NCBI RefSeq assembly: GCF_009914755.1
Contig: NC_060927.1
From: the human T2T-CHM13v2.0 reference genome, Homo sapiens
Reading direction: 5' to 3' (one strand)
DNA: 64,000 nucleotides
This document shows, piece after piece, positions 13,031 to 28,239 of the stretch. Every line of letters begins with the position of its first letter. Positions within the stretch are counted from its first letter, which is position 1. The notes under the pieces were generated by a model. That model worked only from the letters and a program-made list of their open reading frames with translations, did no database searches and was not told the origin of the DNA. A program made the position numbers and the translations under genes.

Positions 13031-13173
13031 TTAATGGATCAGGACTGGTCCCTACCCAGGTGACACAGATGTGGCATTCTGGTTCTTTATTAAATCCTGG
13101 TTTCACAGCCTGGCACATTGTGAAAATAATGGAGAAATTTCAATAGAGGCCAATTGGTCTATGCTATTAATGA

Positions 13174-13480
<307 letters not shown>

Positions 13481-14094
13481 CTCAAGTCTATTTTTTATAA
13501 ATGCATTCGAAAGCATGAAAAAAATCATGTCTCTATTTTACTTTAAAATTTTAAAAACACAACTAATGAATATGGTAATTCTCTTCCAATCCGTTATCTT
13601 TTCTCTCACTAAACTAATTTATAAGCCTTCAATTTACACAGTTACAAAAAATGCTCTAGTGCATATACTGGGATAAAATAACAGGGTCATAAGACAGGTG
13701 CACTCCATAATCTTTGTGACAACTTACACTTCCAGTGTCTGATAAATATTTGCCCATAAACTCCCACGTTTCATCCATCCACCAATCAATCAAATCTAGC
13801 TATCTTTATTTATTTATTGTGAGAAAGACCTGAACTTTGCCTTTCCTTCCCTGATTTCTGCCACAAACTAGGCAAGGATTTCTGCCTAGGGGTTTCTCAG
13901 AGCTCCGGCCACCACCGAGGTTCCTAACAGGGAAACGCAAGCTTGAATGCTCAGGGTTGATGTGGGAGTGCGTGTGAAACGGGGTTGGGGTGAAAGGGCA
14001 GTGAAGTTTGTAGGTGGGCAGATGAGGGTGTGAAGGGCTTTCAGGTAAGAGGCACGCAGGAGACTGGGAGAGGCAGCGAAAGCACCTCACGCCT

Positions 14095-14445
14095 CAGATC
14101 ACCAGAAGACGCTTCCACCAGTGCCGTGACAGTTTGCCAATGCCACGGCAGCACGGGAAGTCCCCACCCCTTGCCATGGAAACAGCTGGAAGTTACTGCC
14201 CATTTCTAGCTATTTCTGAATAACCCGCCCCTTAATTAGCATGCCATTAAAAGTGAATTATAAAAATGACTGCAAGCCACCCCCAGGCTGCTACTCTGGG
14301 AGCACAACCCACGGAGGGCTCCCTGCCCTGCAGGAGTGGACGCAGGGCTGTAACACCGCCAGTGCCTCCGTAGAGCTGCTTTCTTCCACCACAGGCTTGC
14401 TTTTGGATTCCTTCCTGAGCGACGCCAAGAACCTGCCCTTCCTCA
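14095..14445 (+). mobile_element. ERV1 LTR (MER66-like)
   Basis: ccaccagtgccgtgacagttt...ccccttaattagcat...tataaa...gccaagaacctgccct. Confidence 0.6.
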
Positions 14446-15039
14446 GTGTGACTCTTGCCTAAAACCTATCCCTGGTTTTCTCTTTTCCTAAGCATGCCCT
14501 GACTTGTTCTTTCATCTCCTCGGATCTTGCAATTGCTCCTCAGTGACTCTATTCTGCAGATCCAGAAAACTCAACCTTAATCTTCCCAGAGCCCTGTTGT
14601 CTCCAATATCGGAATCTCTAGCCTTGCTTTCTCAGACGCCTAGATTACAGGCCTCTCTCTTGAACACCTATTGGTATGGTATCTGGGGATCCTTTAAATA
14701 CACGATGATTGGCAGGGGTTACATAGCGGAAATCAGTGCCTGACAATTTGCCTTCCAGGATATGGACTGTCATTCCCTCTCTTGGTGGGCCTCAGTCTCT
14801 TATCCATAAAAGTAGAGATTGTAATACTCATTTGAATTGCAGATACCTCAACCTGAACCCACCTAATATAACGTAAAAGCCAAGACTGCAACCCCTTTCC
14901 TCACCACGTGAAGGTGAAGTCCTCAGAGCCAAGGAGAGAAGGCTCAGGGATGATACCTGGGTGTCTCCGACGCTAACCATGTATTGCAGTTTTTAGTGTT
15001 CAAGTTTAAGCTTCCCCAGCTTTAATTCTATTGTAACAA

Positions 15040-15270
15040 GATTTATTTTTGTAATTCCATTTTTGGATTCTTGATTTCTTGGTAAAGAAATACAGTTATT
15101 TTTGTATATCAATCTTATATAGTGTTACATTCTTAAATTTGTTCATGAGTCCTAATACTTTTTAGTAAATTTCTTACGATTTTCTAAATGCAAGATCATG
15201 TCATCTGTACATAAAGATAACTGTACTTCTTCCTTTCCAATCTAGATGCCGTTTATTTATTTACGTTGCC
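15040..15270 (-). mobile_element. Old L1M ORF2 fragment
   Basis: aagatcatgtcatctg (reverse of ADDMI) and flanking L1-like sequence. Confidence 0.65.
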
Positions 15271-15400
15271 AAGTTGTCCCAGCTACCACTGTTATCAAGT
15301 AAAAGGGTCTCACTGCCCAAAGCACTAGAAGCCGGTACCACGACACTGAGTTTTCGAGAAAAGAAAAAGTTTAAAGTCAAACCAAAACCTATGGGGTACA

Positions 15401-15706
15401 GGCCGGGCGCAGTGGCTCATGCCTGTAATCCCAGCACTTTGGGAGGCTGAGGCGGGCGGATCGCGAGGTCAGGAGATCGAGACCATCCTGGCTAACAGAG
15501 TGAAACCCCGTCTCTACTAAAAATACAAAAAACAAAAATTAACCGTGCGTGATGGCGGGCGCCTTTGGTCCCAGCTACTCAGGAGGCTGAGGCGGGAGAA
15601 TGGCGTGAACCCGGGAGGCGGAGCTTGCAGTGAGCCGAGATCGCGTCACTGCACTCCAGCCTGGGAAACAGAGCGATACTCCGTCTCAAAAAAAAAAAAA
15701 AAAAAC
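15401..15706 (+). mobile_element. AluY
   Basis: CpG-rich with Y-type diagnostics; TSD aaaacctatgggRtaca. Confidence 0.95.
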
Positions 15707-16133
15707 CTATGGGATACAGTAAAAACACTACTACAGTACTAAGAGGTAAATTTATAGCAAAAAGCACCTGCATCAAAAAAAGTAGAAAAGCTTCAAATAA
15801 ACAACCTAATAATGCATCTTAAATAATTGGAAAAGCAAGAGCAAACCAAAACCAAAATTAGTAGAAGGAAACATAGCAAAGATCAGAGCAGAAATAAATG
15901 AAATTGAAATTTAAAAATATAAAATATCAATGAAATGAAAAGTTAATATTTTTTAAAAGACCAACAAAATCAACAAACATTTAACCAGACTAAGAAAAAA
16001 GAGAGAAGACTCAAATACATAAAACCAGAGATTAAAAAGGAGATACTACAACTGATACTGCGGAAATTCAAAGAATCATTAGAAACTATTATGACTGACT
16101 ATATTCCAATAAATTGAAAAACCTGGAAGAAAT

Positions 16134-16494
<361 letters not shown>

Positions 16495-17807
16495 CTAGTA
16501 AAGAAAAGCCTGGATCCAATGGCTTCACTGGCTTCACTGATTAATTTTACCAAACATTGAAGGCAGAATTACTATCAATCCTACTTAAACTATTCCAAAA
16601 AACAGAGAAGGCTGTAGTATTTCCAAACTCATCCTATGAAAAAGACCATTCATCATGTCTAAGTGGGATTTATCCCGAGGATGCCAACATGGTTCAACAT
16701 ATGCAAATCAATCAATGTGACACATCATATCAACAGAATGAAGGACAAAAACCATATGATAATTTCAATTGATGCTGAAAAGCATTTAATAAAATCCAAC
16801 ATCCCTGTGATAAAAAGAAACCCTCAAAAAAAAACTAGATATAGAAGGAACATACCACAACACAATAAAAACCATATGCAACAGACCCACAGCCAGTATC
16901 ATCCTGAACAGGGAAAAGCTGAAAGCCTTTCTTCTAAGATCTGGAACAAGACAAGAATGTCCACTTCCAACACACAGTACTGGAAGTCCTAGCTAGAGCA
17001 ATTCAGACAAGAGAAAAACAATAAAAGGGATCCAAATTGGAAAGAAGTAAAATTATTACTGTTTTCTTGTTTGCAGATGATTTGATCTTATATTTGGAAA
17101 AACCTAAGGACTCCACCAAAAAACTATTAGAACTGATCAACAAATTCAGAGTCACAGGATACAAAATCAAACTACAAGAGTCGGTAGCATTTCTAAATGA
17201 CAAAAATGAACAATCTAAAGAAGAAAATCAAGAATGTAATCCCATTTACAATAGCTACAAATAAAATAAAATATCTGGGAACAAACATAACAGAATAAGT
17301 GAAAGATCTCTACAATGAAAACTATAAAACACTGATGCAAAAAAATTAAAGAGGACACCAAAAAAAATGGAAAGATTGTCCATGTTCATTGATTGGAAGA
17401 GTAAATATTGTTAAAATACCTATACTTCACAAAGCAATCTACAGATTCAATGCAATCCCTATTGAAATACCAATAACACTCTTTACAGAAATAGAAAAAA
17501 AATCCTAAAATTTATATGAAACCATAAAAGACCCAGAATACCGAAAGCCATCCTGAGCAAAAAGAACAAAACTGGAAGAATCACATCACCTGACTTTAAA
17601 TTATACTACAGAGCAATTGTAAACAAAACAGCATGGTACTGGCATAAAACAGACACATAGACCAATGGAACAGAATAGAGAACCCAGAAATAAATCCATA
17701 CATTTACAATTAACTCATTTTCAATGAAGGTGCCAAGAATATACATGGGGGAGAGGACAGTCTCTTCAACAAATTGTGCTGGGAAAACTAGATATTCATT
17801 GGCAGAA

Positions 17808-18084
17808 TTTTTTTTTTTTTTTTTTTTTTTTTGAGATGGAGTCTAGCTCTGTTGCTCAGGCTGGAGTGCAGTGGCGTGATCTGGGCTCACTGCAAGCTCC
17901 ACCTCCTGGGTTCACACCATTCTCCTCCTCAGCCTCCCAAGTAGCTGGGAGTACAGGCGCCTGCCACCATGCCTGGCTAAATTTTTTTTTTTTGTATTTT
18001 TAGTAGAGACGGAGTTTCACCGTGTTAGCCAGGATGGTCTCAATCTCCTGCCCTCATGATCCGCCCACCTCGGCCTCCCAAAGT
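17808..18084 (-). mobile_element. Alu (Y-like), 5'-truncated
   Basis: TSD tcattggcagaat. Confidence 0.93.
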
Positions 18085-18508
18085 CATTGGCAGAATAATT
18101 AAACTAGAACCCTCTCTTGCACTATATACAAAAATCAAATCCAAATGGGTTAAAGACTTAAATCAAAGACACGAAACTGCTGAAAGAAAACATTAGGGAA
18201 ACTCTCCAGGAAATTGGTCTGGGCACAGATTTCTTGAGTAATACTCCAAAAGCTCAGGCAACCAAAGCAAAAATGAACAAGTGGTATCACATCAAGTTCA
18301 AAAGTTTCTCCATAGTAAAGAAAACAATGGGCAAAGTGAAAAGACAATCCACAGAATGGAAGAAAATATTTGCAAACTATATATCTGACAAGGGATTAAT
18401 AACCAGAATATATAAGGAGCTCAAACAACTCATAAGAAAAAAACTAACAATCCAATTATTTAAATGGGCAAAAGATCTGAACAGACATTTCTCAAAAGAA
18501 GGCACACA

Positions 18509-18800
18509 GGTCAGGCACAGTGGCTCACACCTGTAATTCCAGCACTTTGGGGAGCCAAGACAGGTGGACCACTTGAGCCCAGGAGTTCAAGACCAAACTG
18601 AACAACATAGCAAATAATTTTAAAAACTACCTGGGCATGGTGATGCATGCCTGTGGTCCCAGCTACTCAGGAGGCTGAGGTGGGAGGATTGCTTGAACCC
18701 TGGCAGTCAACACTACATTAAGCCATGATCATACCACTGCACTCCAGCCTGGGTGACAGACTGAGACCCTGTCTCAAAAAATGAGCAAAAACAAAAAAGA
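18509..18800 (+). mobile_element. AluJ
   Basis: Diverged Alu with ggtgggaggattgcttga. Confidence 0.9.
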
Positions 18801-19447
18801 AGATATATAAATGTCAAATAGGGATATGAAAAGATGCTCAATATCATTGATCATCAGAGAAATTGAAATCAAAACTACAATAAGATATCATCTTACCCCA
18901 TTAAAATGGCTTTTATGCAAAAGACAGGCAATAAATGCTTGCAAGAACGTGGGGAAAAGGGAACACTCTTACTCTGTTGGTGGGAATGTAAATTAGTACA
19001 TTCACTATGGAGAACAATACGGAGGTCCCTCAAAAAATTAAAAATAGAACTATCATATGATCCAGCAATCCCACTGCTGGGTATATACCCAAGAGAGGGA
19101 AAATTAGTATATCAAAGAGATATCTGCATTCCCATATTTATTTCAGCATTATTCATAATAGCCAAGATTTGGAAGCAACCTAAGTGTGCATCAACAAATG
19201 AAGGGATAAAGAAAATGTGGTGCATATACACAATGGAGTACTCTTCGGCCATGAAAAAGAATAAGATTCTGTCATTTGCAACAACATGGATGGAACTAAA
19301 GGATATTATGTTAAGTACAATGAGCCAGGCACAGAAAGACAGACTTTGCACGTTCTCACTCATTTGTGGGAGCTAAAAATTAAAACAATTGAACTCATCA
19401 AGATAGAGAGTAGACTGAGAGCTTCCAGAGGCTGGGAAGAGTAGCGG

Positions 19448-19970
19448 TGTTACGGGATCTTTGGAGTGTTACTTTTCTGGACAGAAACCTCTATGGCTGG
19501 TGGCACCTTTGCCTGCGTTTTGCTGGGCCCCACCCACTCAGCCTGGCAGGCTGTGCTCAGCTCATGCTACCAGGTTGGATCCCACGCCTGCCAAGGGAGA
19601 CTGCATGGAGTGGCAAGGGGTGTGTGAGTGAGCATGGGGTCTGGCCACTGTGCAGTCAGACTTGCTGGCTGCTGCAGTGGGGCAGGTGGCTCCAGGTGCC
19701 AACACGGGCACCAGCTCTCTACAAGGCTGTGGCTGGACCACGGGCACCGCAAGCAGCTTCCACAGCTGGCACACTGGGAACACAGTGGCACCCAGAAGCT
19801 TGGAGATACCAGGAACCACAGGGCCCTAAAGAGGGAATCACAGCCCTGGCTCGGGGAGCTCCAGGTCTGGGCTCCCCAAAGGGCCACAGCTCTTCTTTCC
19901 TTCTCTTTGCCCACAATGTGGCAAGCAAGGGGCATGTCTCAGCCCTGCTTGTGTTACAGCTCTTTCAGCC
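19448..19970 (-). mobile_element. MER52-family LTR, 3' portion
   Basis: GC-rich; begins tgttacgggatc on the plus strand; homologous to 1-116. Confidence 0.85.
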
Positions 19971-21162
19971 TCTTCCCTAGATTTGCCATAATTAATTCCC
20001 ATATCGTCTTATTTTTTTACATGTGTTTCAACTTCAGAAGATGTATGGATCTAAACACAACATGATGTGTTAGCTAGCTTCCATATGAGTTTCTCCCTGT
20101 TTCACCACTATGTAGCCTAAAGTTATTCCGTCATCCACGACTATCCTGGCTAAAGAGTCTGAAGATCTTTATTTGGTAGCTATGGCTTCAGCTAGTTCAT
20201 TTGCTAAGTTACCTAGAGTGGTTGACAGATTTCTAATTATACGTTCATGAGAGTTACTCCCCACCATTGCAAGAGACTTCTGCCAAACATAGGCCAAAAT
20301 TCATCTCCTTGGTTTGCAGGTACGGTTTGTCTAATCCTGGAAAATAATTTCGATGAACTACTTCAGTGTTCAGAAACATTGGAGTTATAAATAGAAAGAG
20401 GAAGAGCCACATAACCTAATAGACAATTACCTCTCATATGCCAGTGGTCAACACATTCATAAGCCCATGGGTGCTTGATCCAGGGACAACACAGGGTCCT
20501 TGACGGATTCTGAAATTTAAGGCTTTGGTTTACTGGTAACAGAGACAGGTTAAAGTACATGTCTTCAGTCTTGAGTAGAGTGTAATCAGTCTGATTTCTT
20601 TTTTTTTTTTTTTAATGAGACAAACATCAGGTAAAGACCTTGACAAGAAGGAAGAGAAATCCCGAGATTCTATAATCATAATAATCGAATTGTAATTGCT
20701 AGTTTAAGTAGTCCTTCAAAAATACATCTCATTCCTGACAGGAAAAAACAAGTTTTTTAAAATATGTTATATCTGGGTTAACTAGGGAACACTTGGAGCC
20801 AGGAAATAATTCAGGATTCAGCCCAAATTATAGGCAAATAATAAAAACTCGGAAACAATGATCAGGGCTGGAATCTAATAGCATATGTCATAGTTTTCTT
20901 TTGGAACATAAATTTTCTCTCTCTAGTCCATCATTTTATCAAAGACAAATCATAGTAGGACAAATTTGTGTGCAAAATAAGTTTTAGTCTTATCGTACCT
21001 GGTCTGATTATTTGCATAAAGTGCAGTAAGAATATTTATTGACCATATAGGCTTCTTAAAATTGGCTTTGTTGGAACTTTTTAATAAGGAATCTTAGACT
21101 TTTAAAAGCCTTGAGGCTAGCCAAGTCAAAGATTTGCATCAGACTGTGTCTGTAATACTTTT

Positions 21163-24100
21163 TTTTAACCTACTTTTTTTTTTATTATACTTTAAGTTCT
21201 GGGGTACACGTGCAGAACGTGCAGGTTTGTTACATAGGTATACATGTGCTGTGGTGGTTTGCTGCACCCATCAACCCATCACCTATATTATGTATTTGTC
21301 CTAATGCTATCCCTCCCCCCGCCCCCACCCCCCAACATGCCCCAGTGTGTGATGTTCCCCTCCATGTGTCCATGTGTTCTCGTTGTTCAACTCCCACTTA
21401 TGAGTGAGAACACGTGGTGTTTTGTTTTCTGTTCTTGTGTTAGTTTGCTGAGAATGATGGTTTCCAGCTTCATCCATGTCCCTACAAAGGACATGAACTC
21501 ATCCTTTTTTATGGCTGCATAGTATTCCATGGTGTATATGTGCCACATTTTCTTTATCCAGTCTATAATTGATGGGCATTTGGGTTGGTTCCAAGTCTTT
21601 GTTATTGTGAACAGTCCTGCAATAAACGCAGGTGTGCATGTGTCTTTATGGTAGAATGATTTATAATCCTTTGGGTATATAACCAGTAATGGGATTGCTG
21701 GGCCAAATGGTATTTCTAGTTCTAGATCCTTGAGGAATAGCCACACTGTCTTCCACAATGGTTGAACTAAGTTACACTCCCACCAACTGTGTAAAAGCAT
21801 TCCTATTTCTCCACACCCTCTCCAGTATCTGTTGTTTCCTGACTTTTTAATGATCGCCATTCTAACTGGCATGAGATGGTATCTCATTGCGGTTTTGATT
21901 TGCATTTCTCTAATGACTCGTGATGATGAGCTTTTTTTCATGTTTGTTGGTTGCATAATTGTCCTCTTTTAAGAAGTGTCTGTTCACATCCTTTGCCCAC
22001 TTTTTGATGGGATTGTTTTTTTTTTTTTTTTGTAAATTTAAGTTCTTTGTAGATTCTGGATATTAGCCCTTTGTCAGATGGATAGATTGCAAAAATTTTC
22101 TCCCATTTTGTAGGTTGCCATTCACTCTCATAGTTTCTTTTGCTGTCCAGAAGCTCTTTAGTTTGATTAGGTCCCATTTGTCAATTTTGGCTTTTGTTGC
22201 CATTGTTTTTGGTGTTTTAGTCATGAAGTCTTTGCCCATGCCTATGTCCTGAATGGTATTGCCTAGGTTTTCCTCTAGGGTTTTTATGGCTTTAGGTCTT
22301 AGGTTTAAGTCTTTAATCCATCTTGAGTTAATTTTTATATAAGGTGTAAGGAAGGGATCCAGTTTCAGCTTTCTGCCTAAGGCTAGCCAGTTTTCCCAAC
22401 ACCATTTATTAAATAGGGAATCCTTTCCCCAGTGCTTTTTTTTCTCAGGTTTGTCAAAGATCAGATGGCTGTAGATGTGTGGTGTTATTCCTGAGGGTTC
22501 TGTTCTGTTCCTTTGATCTATATATCTGTTTTGGTACTGGTACCATGCTGTTTTGGTTACCGTAGCCTTGTAGTATAGTTTGAAGTCAGGTAGCATGATG
22601 CTTCCAGCTTTGTTCTTTTTGCTTAGGATCGTCTTGGCTATTTGGGTTCTTTTTTGATTCCATATGAAATTTAAAGTATATTTTTCCAATTCCATGCAGA
22701 AAGTCAATGGTAGTTTAATGGGGATAGTAGTGAATCTATAAATTACTTTGGGTAGTATGGCCATTTTCACGATATTGATTCTTCCTATCTATGAGCATGG
22801 AATGTTTTTCCATTTGTTTGTGTCTTCTCTTATTTCTTTGAGGAGTGGTTTGTAGTTCTCCTTGAAGAGGTCCTTCGCATCCTTGTAAGTTGTATTCCTA
22901 GGTATTTCATTCTTGTTGTAGCAATGGTGAATGGGAGTTCACTCATAGTTTGGCTCTCTGTTTGTCTGTTATTGGTGTATAGGAAAGCTTTTGATTTTTG
23001 CACATTGATTTTGTATCCTGAAACTTTGCTGAAGTTGCTTATCAGCTTAAGGAGATTTTGGGCTGAGACGATGGGGTTTTCTAAATATATTATCATGTCA
23101 TCTGCAGACAGAGACAATTTGACTTCCTCTTTTCCTAATTGAATACCCTTTATTTCTTTCTCTTGCCTGATTACCCTGGCCAGAACTTCCAACACTATGT
23201 TGAATAGGAGTATTGAGAGAGGGCATCCTTGTCTTGTGCTGATTTCCAAAGGGAACGCTTCCAGTTTTTGCACATTCAGTATGTAATTGGCTGTGGGTTT
23301 GTCATAAATAGCACTTAATATTTTGAGATACGTCCCATCAATACCAGTTTATTGAGAGTTTTTAACATGAAGGCCTGTTGAATTTTGTCAAAGGCCTTTT
23401 CTGCATCTATTGAGATAATCATGTAGTTTTTGTCATTGATTACATCTATGTGATGGATTACATTTATTGATTTGCATGTTGAACCAGCCTTGCATCCCAG
23501 GGATGAAGCCAACTTGATCATGATGGACAAGCTTTTTGATGTGCTGCTGGATTCAGTTTTCCAGTATTTTATTCAGGATTTCTGCATTGATGTTCATCAG
23601 GGATATTGGCCTAAAATTTTCTTTTTTTGTTGTGTCCCTGCCAGGTTTTGGTATCAAGATGATCCTGGACTCATAAAATGAGTTAGGGACAATTCTCTCT
23701 TTTTCTATTGTTTGGAATAGTTTCAGAAGGAATGGTACCAGCTCGTCTTTGTACCTCTGGTAGAATTTGGCTGTGAATCCGTCTGGTCCTGGACTTTTTT
23801 TGGTTGGTAGGCTATTAATTAATGCCTCAATTTCAGAACTTGTTATTGGTCTATTCAGGAATTTGACTTCTTCCTGGTTTAGTCTTGGAAGGGTGTATGT
23901 GTCCAGGAATTTATCCATTCCTTCTAGATTTTCTAGTTTATTTGCATAGAGGTGTTTCTTTATTAGTCTGCTAGTGGTCTATTTTGTTGATCTTTTCAAA
24001 AAACCAGCTCCTGGATTCATTGATGTTTTTTAAGAGTTTTCCTGTCTCTATCTCCTTCAGTTCTGCTCTGATCTTATTTATATCTTGTCTTCTGCTTGCT

Positions 24101-26435
24101 TTTGAATTTGTTTGCTCTTGCTTCTCTAGTTCTTTTAATTTTGATGTTAAGGTGTCAATTTTAGATCTTTCCTGCTTTCTCTTGTGGGCATTTAGTGCTA
24201 TAAATTTCCCTCTACACACTGTTTTAAATGTGTCCCAGAGATTCTGGTACGTTGTGTCTTTGTTCTCATTGGTTTCAAAGAACATCTTTATTTCTGCCTT
24301 CATTTCGTTATTTACCCAGTAGTCATTCAGGAGCAGGTTGCTCAGTTTCCATGTAGTTGTGAGGTTTTGAGGAGTTTCTTAATCCTGCATTCTAATTTGA
24401 TTGCATTGTGGTCTGACAGACTGTTTGTTATGATTTCTGTTCTTTTGCATTTCCTGAGGAGTGTTTTCCTTCCAATTATGTGGTCAGTTTTTGAATAAGT
24501 GCAATGTGGTGCTGAGAAGAAGGTATATTCTGTTGATTTGGGGTGGAGAGGTCTGTAGATGTCTATTAGGTCCACTTGGTCCAGAGTTGAGTTCAAGTCC
24601 TGGATATTCTTGTTAATCTTCTGTCTCAATGATCTAATATTGACAGTGGAGTGTTAAAGTCTCCCAGTATTATTGTGTGGGAGTCTAAGTCTCTTTGCAG
24701 GTCTATAAGAACTTGCTTTATGAATCTGAGTGCTCCTGTATTGGGTGATTATATGTCTAGGATTGTTAGCTCTCCTTGTTGCATTGATCTCTTTACCATT
24801 ATGTAATGCCCTTCTTTTCTCTTTTGATCTTTGTTGGCTTAAAGTCTGTTTTATCAGAAACTAGGATTGCAACCCCTGACTTTTGTTGCTTTCCACTTTC
24901 TTGGTAAGTGTTCCTCCATCCCTTTATTTTGAGCCTATGTGTATGAGATAGGTCTCCTGAATACAGGACATTGATGGGTCTTGACTGTTTATCCAATTTG
25001 CCAGTCTGTGTCTTTTAATTGGGGGCATTTAGCTCATTTACATTTAAGGTTAATATTGTTATGTGTGAATTTGATCCTGTCATTATGATACTAGCTCATT
25101 ATTTTGCTCGTTAGTTGATGCAGTTTTTTTCATAGTGTCAATGGTCTTTACAATTTGGTGTGTTTTTGCAGTGGCTGGTACCAGTTGTTCCTTTCTGTGT
25201 TTAGTGCTTCCTTCAGGAGCTCTCGTAAGGCAGGCCTGGTGGTGAGAAAATCTTAAAGCATTTGCTTGTCTGTAAAGGATTTTATTTCTCCTTCACTTAT
25301 GAAGCTTAGTTTGGCTGGATATGAAATTCTGGCTTGAAAATTCTTTTCTTTAGGAATGTTGAATATTGGCCCCCACTCTCTTCTGGCTTGTAGGGTTTCT
25401 TCCAAGAGATCCACTGTTAGTCTGATGGGCTTCCCTTTGTGGGTAACTCAACCTTTCTCTCTGGCTGCCCTTAACATTTTTTCCGTCATTTCAACCTTGA
25501 TGAGTCTGATGATTTTCTGTCTTGGGGTTGTTCTTCTTGAGGAGTATCTTAGTGGTGTTCTCTGTATTTCCTGAATTTGAATGTTGGCCTCTCTTGCTAG
25601 GTTGGGGGAATTCTCCTGGATAATATCCTTAAGAGTGTTTTCCAACTTGATTCCATTCTCCCGTCACTTTCAGGTACCCCAATCAAACGTAGATTCAGTC
25701 TTTTCACATAGTCCTCTATTTCTTGGAGGCTTTGTTCATTTCTTTTTACTCTTTTTTCTCTAATCTTGTCTTCTTGCTTTATTTCATTGAGTTGATCTTC
25801 AATCTCTGATATCCTTTCATCTGCTTGATTGATTCAGCTATTGATACTTGTGTGTGCTTCATGAGGTTCTTGTGCTGGGTTTTTCAGCTCCATCAGGTCA
25901 TTTTTGTTCTTCTCTAAACTGGTTATTCTAGTTAGCAATTCATCTAACCTTTTTTTCCAGGTTCTTAGCTTCCTTGCATTGGGTTAGAACATGCTCCTTT
26001 AGCTCAGAGGAGTTTGTTATTATCCGCCTTCTGAAGCCTACTTCTGTCAATTCGTCAAACTCACGGTCTGTCCAGTTTTGTTCCCTTGCTGGCGGGGAGT
26101 TGTGATCCTTTGGAGGAGAAGAGGCATTCTGGCTTTTGGAGTTTTCAGCCTTTTTGCACTGGTTTCTCCCCATTTTTGTGGATTCATCTACCTTTGGCCT
26201 TTGATGTTGGTGATGTTGATACTATTCCTTTCTGTTTGTTAGTTTTCCTTCTAACAGTCAGGTCCCTCTGCTGCAGGTCTGCTGAAGTTTGCTGGAGGTC
26301 CACTCCAGACCCTGTTTGCCTGGGTATGACCAGTGGAGGTTCGGTTGGAAATGCATGAATCACCCGCCTTCTGCGTTGATCTCACTGGAAGCTGCAGGCC
26401 GGAGCTGTTCTTATTCGGACATCTTGCCAGCTGTC
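21163..26435 (-). mobile_element. L1PA7/8-like element with both termini and a shortened 5'UTR; ORF1 and ORF2 disrupted
   Basis: TSD ctgtaatactttt at 21150-21162 and 26436-26448; 5' end ctggcaagatgtccgaataagaacagctcc; ORF1 starts MGRNQCKKAENS at 26173; ORF2 fragments; poly(A). Confidence 0.95.
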
Positions 26436-27216
26436 CTGTAATACTTTTATGAATGGGTGTAGTCCTCTCTTCTCAAGGTCCCCAAATATCTTGAGGTTCC
26501 TGGGCCCGTCAGAAAGTGACATTCTTTACTTCTTACCACAAGGACAGCAACTTTGTAAAGGACCCTTATAGACAAGACACCAAGCCAGTCATTCTAAGGG
26601 GCTTTGTATTGGTGCTATAAAGTCAACCTCAATTCCTTAAAGTGGTCTGGTTGTATCTGCCACTCAAGTTAAAGCCTTGATAAAACAAACAGTGTCTCCA
26701 ATTGAATCCTGTTACCAAAAACAGATTCTTATTGAACTTATGCAAATAATTATATTGCTAAAATTTAAGAATGCTCATGAATGCCTTCTGAATTCTGGAG
26801 AAATCAGTTAGAGAGACAGATAAATGGCTCAAATTTTTGTTCACAATGTAGTTTATCTAATGTATTGTAAGTTAAAAATAGCTGAAAAGAAAAAAAGTTT
26901 CTTGACTTTGAAAAACAAAACATAAAGGGAATCAACAATGTTTCCAATGAAAGGGCCATGAATAGAATCTTTTCCCTCTTTTATAAGTTCAGTCCCATGT
27001 AACTAAATCTTGTTCTGCTGGATTTCAAATAGAAATTCTCATTCAGCTTTTTGTGTTTTGCTTGATTTCAATTAGAAATTCTCATTCAGCTTTTTAGAGT
27101 CCTGGAAGATTTTCCTAGTCCAATGGTATGATCCCCAAAGTTACCAGAAACCGTATTTAAGAGAACTTGTCAGAGTCCTTTCCATTAAAAGTAATTTAGA
27201 TGATAGCTGATTTTAA

Positions 27217-27600
<384 letters not shown>

Positions 27601-27946
27601 TAAACAATCACCGTGGATGACAAAAACTTAGAATAGCCTTTGGTTAAAATCCAGTGGAAGTTCTCAACTGGCAAGAAAATTTAGTTATTTCTATTATATG
27701 TAGCATTTTAAGATAACAGCCAGAATCATGACTGATGGCAACACATCGGATCCATCAGACTTCCACAAATATTATATAATCTTTAGAATATTTATATTAA
27801 TAATATATCTATACACATACAACTTTAGAAAAGATTTAACATCATCAAAATTATCACTGATACCATATTAGATTTTTATAATTTATATAACATTTAAAAC
27901 ATTTATATTAATAACATACCTATAAATGTAACCAAAAGAAGATTTA

Positions 27947-28237
27947 GGCCAGGCACAGTGGCTCATGCCTGTAATCCCAACACTTTGGGAGGCCAAGTTG
28001 GACAGATTATCTGAGGTCAGGGGCTTGACACCAGCCTGGCCAACATGGCGAAATATTGTCTCTACTAAAAATACAAAATTAGCCTGGCATGGTGGCATGT
28101 GTCTGTAGTCCCAGCTACTTGGGAGGTTGAGGCAGGAGAATCACTTGAACCTTGGGGCAGAGGTTGCAGTGAATCGAGATCATGCCACTGCACTCCAGCC
28201 TGGGTGACAAAGCAAGATTCTGTCTCAGAGAAAAAAA
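27947..28237 (+). mobile_element. Alu (S-type)
   Basis: Full length. Confidence 0.95.
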
Positions 28238-28239
28238 TA

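Noticed and set aside
12446-13034. Several overlapping 87-161 aa ORFs
   Set aside because: Expected in a GC-rich, stop-poor CpG island; no recognisable domain.
19447-20065. 177-aa and 145-aa ORFs
   Set aside because: They fall within the GC-rich MER52 LTR.
23950-23965. ~100-bp ORF2 deletion in the L1PA7/8-like element as a second splice event
   Set aside because: Compared with the other L1 copy at ~61800-61900, the missing segment is not bounded by GT-AG.
27008-27095. Two-copy ~43-bp tandem duplication
   Set aside because: Ordinary local duplication within ERV internal sequence.
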